Below, in pieces: positions 58,121-64,000 of a DNA stretch of 64,000 nucleotides. A model generated the notes under the pieces. That model had not been told where the DNA came from, ran no database searches, and worked only from the letters and a program-made list of their open reading frames with translations. The stretch is taken from contig CAJUBJ010000001.1 of NCBI GenBank assembly GCA_910584655.1, positions 236,086 through 300,085 on the forward strand, given 5' to 3'. Each line of letters opens with the position of its first letter. The stretch's first letter is position 1. The position numbers and the translations under genes are program-made. This stretch comes from an uncultured Bacilli bacterium (GTDB taxonomy: Bacteria; Bacillota_I; Bacilli_A; RF39; UBA660).

Positions 58121-59128
58121 ATGCGTAATATTTTAAATAAAGAAAAGTTAAGAAAATTTATTTATAATGCGTTATTTTATGGTGTTTTTGTAAGCATTTT
58201 TATTTTGTTTGTTGGAACTTTGATGGTTATATGGAGTAAATTTGAATATTCTGTAGAAAATAAATATGTTTCTAGTCAAATATTGGAGATGTTTGATAAT
58301 TTATTTTATTTAAATATTATAATATGTGTAATTGGTTTTTTAGCTAATATGTTTATATTTAATGGTGAAATCAAAAAGATTATAAAAAAAGATAAATATA
58401 GTAAAATAGCTACTTTAGAGTTTATTATTTTTGGGATGGCAATATTGTTACTTGTTGTTTCGCCAATTTTATATAAAATGTCTAATTTGTCTCTTAGTAA
58501 TTATAAAATGAAGACAATTTATTGTATGTCTTATTGCTCAACTTTTATGAGTGCATTTGTTTTATTTTATTTATTTAGCTTTTTTTGTTTGATAGCGGAA
58601 GATGATAGTTATAGTAAAGCAAAGCCTTATATTTATAGAATAGATAACTTGAGTTATGATGATATTTGTAAATTGATTGTTAAACAAATTGGTAAGATAG
58701 ACTTAAAGGGAGAGTTTTTTAATTCGGATTATAAAGTTAATTATTATATATTACACAAGAATGAAGAATTTGTTTATTGTATTATTAATTTAAAAAATAT
58801 AAGTGATGAATTCTTGAAATTATATTGTGAAAATCAATTGATTGATTTTGTAGAATATTTATATAAAAATAAATTAAATAAAAAAAGATATACTAAGATA
58901 ATGTATTTTATTTGTGTGGATACGTATGATGATAATTTTAAGAATTTAATTGAGTCATCTGCATATCAAGATGAGCATTTTTGTATTTTACATACTTTGA
59001 TTAATCTAAAGGGAAAGGATTTGTATATTGGAGGAATTAGGGATGGTGAAAAGCAAAATATTAAAAAATATATTTTAGTAAAAGAAGAAATAGAAAGAAT
59101 CTTAGTTGATGTATTGAAAAAGAATTAA
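58121..59128 (+). CDS. hypothetical membrane protein: about 4 TM N-terminal half plus about 170-aa cytoplasmic C-domain
   Basis: GAGGAG RBS. Four hydrophobic helices are followed by a soluble domain. No family recognised. Confidence 0.6.
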   Translation: MRNILNKEKLRKFIYNALFYGVFVSIFILFVGTLMVIWSKFEYSVENKYVSSQILEMFDNLFYLNIIICVIGFLANMFIFNGEIKKIIKKDKYSKIATLEFIIFGMAILLLVVSPILYKMSNLSLSNYKMKTIYCMSYCSTFMSAFVLFYLFSFFCLIAEDDSYSKAKPYIYRIDNLSYDDICKLIVKQIGKIDLKGEFFNSDYKVNYYILHKNEEFVYCIINLKNISDEFLKLYCENQLIDFVEYLYKNKLNKKRYTKIMYFICVDTYDDNFKNLIESSAYQDEHFCILHTLINLKGKDLYIGGIRDGEKQNIKKYILVKEEIERILVDVLKKN

Positions 59129-59195
59129 TAATTTATTGTTTAAAGTTAGAAAATGTATTAATATAATAACAAAACATTTTAAAGGAGATGTAATT

Positions 59196-59429
59196 ATGCT
59201 TAAGGGTACAGGAAAGCCAGGAGATTTACCTTATGGTTACGGAATTGGGAGAGTTCAACAAGTTAGTAGAACACAAATGGATGTAAAAAAAGATAGAGAA
59301 AAGCAAAATGAAGAAAAAAGGGCTAATTTACTTAGACAAAAATCTTTTATAGAAGAATTACGTCATCAGATGGAAATTCAAAGGCAAAATCAAGAGAATG
59401 AAGAAAAAGGTTTTAATAGAAAAATGTAG
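59196..59429 (+). CDS. 77-aa highly charged coiled-coil-like protein
   Basis: AAAGGAG sits 8 nt before the ATG at 59196. MLKGTGKPGDLPYGYGIGRVQQ... is followed by a K/E/Q/R-rich helix. Confidence 0.45.
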   Translation: MLKGTGKPGDLPYGYGIGRVQQVSRTQMDVKKDREKQNEEKRANLLRQKSFIEELRHQMEIQRQNQENEEKGFNRKM

Positions 59430-59458
59430 CTTTTTATCTTTTTAGTATGGGGTGTGTA

Positions 59459-60832
59459 ATGGAGATTTGGAAAGTTATTGTTAATAAATTTAAAAGTTTA
59501 TTTTTAATTTCTAGAAATAGAAGTGATTTTGATTTTAAACTAGTTTCTAATGTCGAAACGATAAGAGAGAATAATAAAAGTTTTTTAGATATTGATTATG
59601 GCACAATTATATGGGCTAAGAGATACAATAATGAAGTTGAAAAAGAAAAAATACCAGAAGGACATCGATGTGGACCTTTTATAGTTGTTGGAAGGGACAA
59701 AGAAAATTTGTTATGTTTTTATGCAACTGGTAGAGTTCCTGAAGAAGTTTTCTTTAAACAGGATACTATTCTTTTGGATGCATCAATGTATGGTGACTTT
59801 CTTGACAAAAATACTTACATTCGCACTAATAAAATTATTTCAATTTCTGAAAATCAATTAGTTGAAGTAATTGATAGTCTTACTTTGATTGATAGAAAAA
59901 AATTGAATAAAAAGATAAGTGTTGGATTACGTAAATGTTTATATTTTGAGACTGGTTTAGAAAATACTGATGTTCATTTTGAAACTACTGATATAATAAA
60001 TTTAAAGGGACGCTTTTATTTAATTGTTAATTGTAAAGAGAAAAAGTTTGATTGTTTACCTTTAAGCACTCAGAACGGAAATTACGTTTTTTCTGTTGAT
60101 GGTGTGGATTATTATTACGATATAGACAATTTTATTACTTTTGACAATTTAGATTCTGCTTATCTAGTTAATTTTGTTACTGATTTAAAGACGATGAATA
60201 TTATTAAAGTTAGAAGAAAAAATTATCTTGAAAATTTGGATAAATATAAAAATGTTAAAATAGGATGTATAATAAAAAATATAGAAGATGAAAAAACATA
60301 TTATGTATATGGTGAAGAAGGAGATAAATGGCTTATTGTAAAAGTAGATTCTTTATGTAATGAGCAGATGGCATCTTTTAAAATTGAAGAAAATGAGTTT
60401 TACTCTGACTTTAGAAGTAATTGTATGATTTCTAAGAAAGATACAAATTATGTAGTTTTGTTTGTTGCTAATGCAAAAGAAACTGAAGAATTTAGAAAAA
60501 TAAAAAAAGCTTATTTGAAAAGCCATACGACTAGAGAAGGAAAAAAACAAAGAAAATATAAATTTGATTCTGGTGTTATAGTTAAAACAAAATTTTTTGA
60601 TGAAAAAGAATATGTTATAATTATAGGTAATCAAGATGATGTTGTGGTAGTTTTAAAAGATCAAATAAATGAGGATTTTTGTTTAGAAGTTTTGCCAGTT
60701 AATTCAATTTATAAAAGTGGTAAAATGAATGATATGCAATTTAGAGATTTACTTATGAAAATCAAAGAGGGTTACAAAGGTTTAATTAGTCGCGAAAGAA
60801 TGAATCTGTTAAAAAAGAAATATGATTTGTAG
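59459..60832 (+). CDS. hypothetical protein (about 457 aa) built from several small beta-barrel-like (SH3/PemK-like) modules
   Basis: The first module GTIIWAKRYNNEVEKEKIPEGHRCGPFIVVGRD resembles the PemK/MazF N-terminal strand pattern. Later modules: IGCIIKNIEDEKTYYVYGEEGDKWLIVKVD and SGVIVKTKFFDEKEYVIIIGNQDDVVVVLKD. Confidence 0.55.
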   Translation: MEIWKVIVNKFKSLFLISRNRSDFDFKLVSNVETIRENNKSFLDIDYGTIIWAKRYNNEVEKEKIPEGHRCGPFIVVGRDKENLLCFYATGRVPEEVFFKQDTILLDASMYGDFLDKNTYIRTNKIISISENQLVEVIDSLTLIDRKKLNKKISVGLRKCLYFETGLENTDVHFETTDIINLKGRFYLIVNCKEKKFDCLPLSTQNGNYVFSVDGVDYYYDIDNFITFDNLDSAYLVNFVTDLKTMNIIKVRRKNYLENLDKYKNVKIGCIIKNIEDEKTYYVYGEEGDKWLIVKVDSLCNEQMASFKIEENEFYSDFRSNCMISKKDTNYVVLFVANAKETEEFRKIKKAYLKSHTTREGKKQRKYKFDSGVIVKTKFFDEKEYVIIIGNQDDVVVVLKDQINEDFCLEVLPVNSIYKSGKMNDMQFRDLLMKIKEGYKGLISRERMNLLKKKYDL

Positions 60833-60876
60833 TTTTTTCTTTATTATAAAAAAGTGTTTCTTTAATAAAATGTTTA

Positions 60877-60885
60877 TGTTATAAT
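60877..60885 (+). promoter_or_regulatory. extended -10 element TGTTATAAT upstream of nusB
   Basis: Exact 9-mer 19 nt before the ATG at 60905, with AAGAGGTG RBS between. Confidence 0.45.
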
Positions 60886-60904
60886 CGTGAAAGAGGTGTT
60901 TCTT

Positions 60905-61306
60905 ATGGGAAAAACTAGAAGTGAATTAAGAGAAAAAGCAATGGTAATTTTATATCAAATTGATATATTAAAAAACAATAATGTGGAATTTAGTGTAGAA
61001 AACTTAATTTCTGAAAATTTAGAAGTAGATAATGAATTTGTTAGAAATATAGTTTATGGAGTTATTACACATTTAGAATCTTTAGATGAACTAGCTAATT
61101 CTCATATGAAAGATTGGTCAATTAGCAGAATTGATAAAACAGGAGCTGCAATTTTAAGAATGGGATTATATGAAATTCTATATGAGGAAGATACACCAAA
61201 TATAGTAGCTATAAATGAAGCTGTTGAATTAGCAAAAAAATATAGTGATGATAATGTTCGAAAAATTATAAATGCTGTTTTAGATAAGGTTAGCAATGAG
61301 AACTAG
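60905..61306 (+). CDS. nusB: transcription antitermination factor NusB
   Basis: RSELREKAMVILYQ...W...R....AILRMGLYEILY.EDTP..VAINEAVELAK. Confidence 0.9.
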   Translation: MGKTRSELREKAMVILYQIDILKNNNVEFSVENLISENLEVDNEFVRNIVYGVITHLESLDELANSHMKDWSISRIDKTGAAILRMGLYEILYEEDTPNIVAINEAVELAKKYSDDNVRKIINAVLDKVSNEN

Positions 61307-61324
61307 GTGTATCCTAGTTTTTTG
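61301..61324 (+). terminator. intrinsic terminator after nusB
   Basis: Stem AACTAGG/CCTAGTT overlapping the stop codon, followed by T6. Confidence 0.65.
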
Positions 61325-61359
61325 TATGTGGTTGAATAGTTATTATCAGGGATTAAGTT

Positions 61360-62778
61360 ATGGAAAAAGTGAGTAGTATTTTAAAAGAAAAAATAAAAAG
61401 ATTTAGTAGAAAAAAGTTTTACTTTAATAAAAGAAAAATTTGCTTAGCTTTAAAGAGTATGATGTTAAATGAAAAAGATTTTAATTTTTATTTTACTAAT
61501 CTTTGTTCCTCTAATGAAATTAATAATTTGTGTCTAATTTTTAGTTTTTTGAATTGTTATCAGGGTGACAATATATTAGATGAATTTAATATTTTTTATT
61601 CAACTCTTTGTAATGCGAGTTTCAAAAAAGAATTTTATATTTATTTTTTTAAGTCATATTATTATAGTGATGGTAAAGAAAGTTTGAGAAAATTTAAAAA
61701 TAATATAGATGAATTGTTTTATGGTTTAGAGGCAGAAGCTTTTTTTAGTGCGGAAAAGTTTAGGTGTCATTTTAAAAAATGTTATTTAGATAATATAACA
61801 ACAAGTAATGAATTAGATGTGAATCTTTTAAAAGTTGTGGGTGATTTTTTACCTAAAAAAGATTTATCAGAGTTAGAGGTAGCAATAGCTCTTTATATTA
61901 TATTATGTAGAGTTGTCTCTTATAGTAGTGATTATATAATTAATCATAATATTAATAATATTCCAAAGTTTTATGAGGTCAATGATTTAAATAATGAAGT
62001 TATATGTATTACTTTTGCAATTATATATTATAAATTACTTAAAATGTATAATATTGATGCTAATTTGTCTGGTGATTTTTTTACTCATATGAAAGTGGAG
62101 TTAAGAATTAACTCAATGATGTTAAGTGCTGATGGAACTTTTTTTGGTTTTAATCAGATGAAGAAAGATTGTTATAATATTTCTGATTTAGGTAATGTTA
62201 AGTTTGGTTTTTCGTTAACTGGTTTTTACTTGGAGAGTGTTTATTATACTGATTTATCTTATATAAAATATAATAAAGAAAAGTTATATAATGCTATTTT
62301 AAATGTGAATAGGATGTTAGATATTAATAATGAAAAAGCTATAATGATAGGTAATATTCTTTACGATTATGAAATTGAATTGCGAAGATTAAAGAAAAAT
62401 AGTGCGGATGTAACACTAGAAGAAATTGATTATAGAATGAATACTTTGAATAGAATATATGGCTTTAAATTAAAAGATTGTATTTGTGAGAATAAGCAAT
62501 TTTTATCTAAATTTAAACATAGAATATTGGGGGATATAAGTTTAAGAGATATTTTATTGTATAAAGATGATGTTAATGGATTTGAATTATTTAATTTGTA
62601 TATTATAGATTTAAATGGTAATTTGTTATATTATTTTGAAGATGGAAGAGCGTTTAAAAGATATGATTATGAAGAAATAAAGGAATTAATAAATAGTTAT
62701 AATTTACTTTTTAAAAATGAAGATGATAAAACTTTTTTTGAAAGTGTATCAGTTCAGAAAAAGATATTTAAAAATTGA
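61360..62778 (+). CDS. hypothetical protein (472 aa) with transglutaminase-like Cys-His-Asp motif pattern
   Basis: NEVICITFAIIYYKLLKMYNIDANLSGDFFTHMKVELRINSMMLSADGTFF parallels the motif in the 14425..15426 product. Confidence 0.45.
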   Translation: MEKVSSILKEKIKRFSRKKFYFNKRKICLALKSMMLNEKDFNFYFTNLCSSNEINNLCLIFSFLNCYQGDNILDEFNIFYSTLCNASFKKEFYIYFFKSYYYSDGKESLRKFKNNIDELFYGLEAEAFFSAEKFRCHFKKCYLDNITTSNELDVNLLKVVGDFLPKKDLSELEVAIALYIILCRVVSYSSDYIINHNINNIPKFYEVNDLNNEVICITFAIIYYKLLKMYNIDANLSGDFFTHMKVELRINSMMLSADGTFFGFNQMKKDCYNISDLGNVKFGFSLTGFYLESVYYTDLSYIKYNKEKLYNAILNVNRMLDINNEKAIMIGNILYDYEIELRRLKKNSADVTLEEIDYRMNTLNRIYGFKLKDCICENKQFLSKFKHRILGDISLRDILLYKDDVNGFELFNLYIIDLNGNLLYYFEDGRAFKRYDYEEIKELINSYNLLFKNEDDKTFFESVSVQKKIFKN

Positions 62779-62855
62779 TTTGTTAAACTAAAGTAGGTCT
62801 AATTTTAAGATTTTATAATATTTATTTTTTTTATTACTAGATTTATTTATTTGAA

Positions 62856-62895
62856 TAAAAAAAATCTGCACTTTTTATTTAGTGCAGATTTTTTA
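62856..62895. terminator. bidirectional terminator between convergent genes
   Basis: 11-bp stem AAATCTGCACT/AGTGCAGATTT, flanked by A8 and T6. Confidence 0.75.
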
Positions 62896-63459
62896 AATAG
62901 AACGATATTTGTTTTGGTTTTTGTATGGGTTTTTAGGATCTATTTTATCTGTAAATAGTATTCCATCTAAATGATCTAATTCATGCTGAAAAGCTACTGA
63001 TAATTCTTCTCGAATACGAAGATCATATTCTTCGCCATATTCATTAAATGCAGTTAGACGCATTCTAGCATGACGAGGTACGATTCCTTCGGTAGGACGA
63101 TTGATACTTAAGCATCCTTCTCCTTCCGCAATATAAACCATTTCTTCAGAAGTACTTTTTATTTTAGGATTTACTACAACATAACGTTCAAATTTTCCTT
63201 CTTCAACCTCATATACAATAACAAATATTCTTTTAGCTATACCAAGTTGAATATAAGCTAGTCCCATACCAGCACGTAAATCATATTTTTCACGAATATC
63301 TTCTATTTGAGACATTTCTAAATAATCCATCATATCATGAATTCTTTTTATGTCTTCGTCAGGAAGAGGGAATGTCACATCCTTACTCTTCATTCTTAAT
63401 CTTTTATCTTTTTCTTCTAATATTTCAATATTAGGTAACTCTTTAGGTAGTTTATTCAT
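62893..63459 (-). CDS. def: peptide deformylase
   Basis: Motif I GMGLAYIQLG, motif II GEGCLS, motif III HELDHLDG. GGTGA RBS before the ATG at 63459. Confidence 0.95.
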   Translation of the reverse strand: MNKLPKELPNIEILEEKDKRLRMKSKDVTFPLPDEDIKRIHDMMDYLEMSQIEDIREKYDLRAGMGLAYIQLGIAKRIFVIVYEVEEGKFERYVVVNPKIKSTSEEMVYIAEGEGCLSINRPTEGIVPRHARMRLTAFNEYGEEYDLRIREELSVAFQHELDHLDGILFTDKIDPKNPYKNQNKYRSI

Positions 63460-63578
63460 ATTTATCACCAACGACATACATTTTATCAAAAAAATAAGAA
63501 AAAGACAAATTAAACAAGAAAAAAGACATTAGAAAATTAATTCTAATATCATAATTTAGGAAACTACTATTATTTTAA

Positions 63579-63749
63579 TTAATTATTATTCCAGTTCCAA
63601 CCAGCGCCAATTATTATTACTAAAAGTATAAATAAAACAATCCATATTGCAGCACCGATACCGCCACCATTAGTGTAGCCAACATAGCCACCGCAAGCAG
63701 GAGCGGCGTTATAGTTACCATAGTAACCATTATTACCATAATAATACAT
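63579..63749 (-). CDS. YjcZ-like Gly/Tyr/Asn-rich tiny membrane (sporulation) protein, 56 aa (not in ORF track)
   Basis: Translation by hand: MYYYGNNGYYGNYNAAPACGGYVGYTNGGGIGAAIWIVLFILLVIIIGAGWNWNNN. AAAGGAGG sits 7 nt upstream. Hairpin ATTAGAA/TTCTAAT (63528-63547) lies downstream. Confidence 0.65.
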   Translation of the reverse strand: MYYYGNNGYYGNYNAAPACGGYVGYTNGGGIGAAIWIVLFILLVIIIGAGWNWNNN

Positions 63750-63883
63750 ACAATAACCTCCTTTACGTATCTAATATAGTTTATTAGAATGTGTCCAATT
63801 TTGACATTAATTTTATTTAAAAAATTTAATTAACTTTTTATGACTGGATTTATATGCTATTATTATAATAGGAGTGAATAAAA

Positions 63884-64000
63884 ATGAAGAAAGTATTTTC
63901 TAAGATGAATTTTCTTTTATTAACTTTAATGATTATTTACTCTGTGTTTGGTTTACTGATGATATTTTCTGCGTCTAGTGTGGCAGCAGTTTTAAGGTAT
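63884..64000 (+). CDS. SEDS-family (FtsW/RodA/SpoVE) protein, N-terminal fragment; continues beyond window
   Basis: MKKVFSKMNFLLLTLMIIYSVFGLLMIFSASSVAAVLRY. The first TM plus the (I/V)FSASS motif are typical of FtsW/RodA. GGAG RBS. Confidence 0.7.
   Translation, partial: MKKVFSKMNFLLLTLMIIYSVFGLLMIFSASSVAAVLRY

Noticed and set aside
1-64000. Alternative genetic code (TGA=Trp), CRISPR arrays, tRNA/rRNA genes, IS elements, prophage or integrase genes
   Set aside because: TGA clearly terminates genes (mreC, tadB, the 1623-aa gene) and Trp is encoded by TGG. I saw no spaced direct-repeat arrays, no cloverleaf-like GC-rich islands, and no transposase, integrase or reverse-transcriptase motifs in any frame.

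Overview
This is a chromosomal segment from a very AT-rich Bacillota (Firmicutes) genome that uses the standard code: TGA acts as a stop, for example at the mreC/mreD ATGA overlap. Nearly all genes are on the + strand. Gene order follows Bacillus subtilis-like blocks: pflA(3' end); rnc-smc; radC-mreC-mreD-spoIVFA/FB-like-rplU-prp-rpmA-obg; ruvA-(HAD)-ruvB; ireB-ruvX-yrzB-mltG-trmR-U32 pair-greA; tig; lon; spoVID-ysxE-like; ylbJ/ylbL-like; mutS; nusB; def; ftsW/rodA(5' end). Several sporulation markers suggest an endospore former: the SpoIVFA/FB-like pair, SpoVID/YsxE-like genes, YlbJ-like, and an untracked YjcZ-like mini-protein. I found no rRNA, tRNA, CRISPR array, transposase, integrase or prophage signature. 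Orphan genes with no family I can recognise sit between the core blocks. The main candidates for something new are: (1) a six-gene island between mutS and nusB (52.4-60.8 kb), centred on a 1623-aa protein with a helical scaffold, an unrecognised Cys/His-rich core and a C-terminal HD phosphohydrolase domain; (2) a minimal Tad-like ATPase/platform operon (tadZ-tadA-tadB-tadC) with no pilin or prepilin peptidase, directly downstream of two secreted Listeria-Bacteroides-repeat proteins; (3) a self-contained promoter-RBS-26-aa-hydrophobic-peptide-terminator unit missed by the ORF track; (4) a paralogous family of membrane-anchored proteins flanking the ylbJ/ylbL block. All functional calls rest on motif recognition by eye and on synteny. 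No database search was run.
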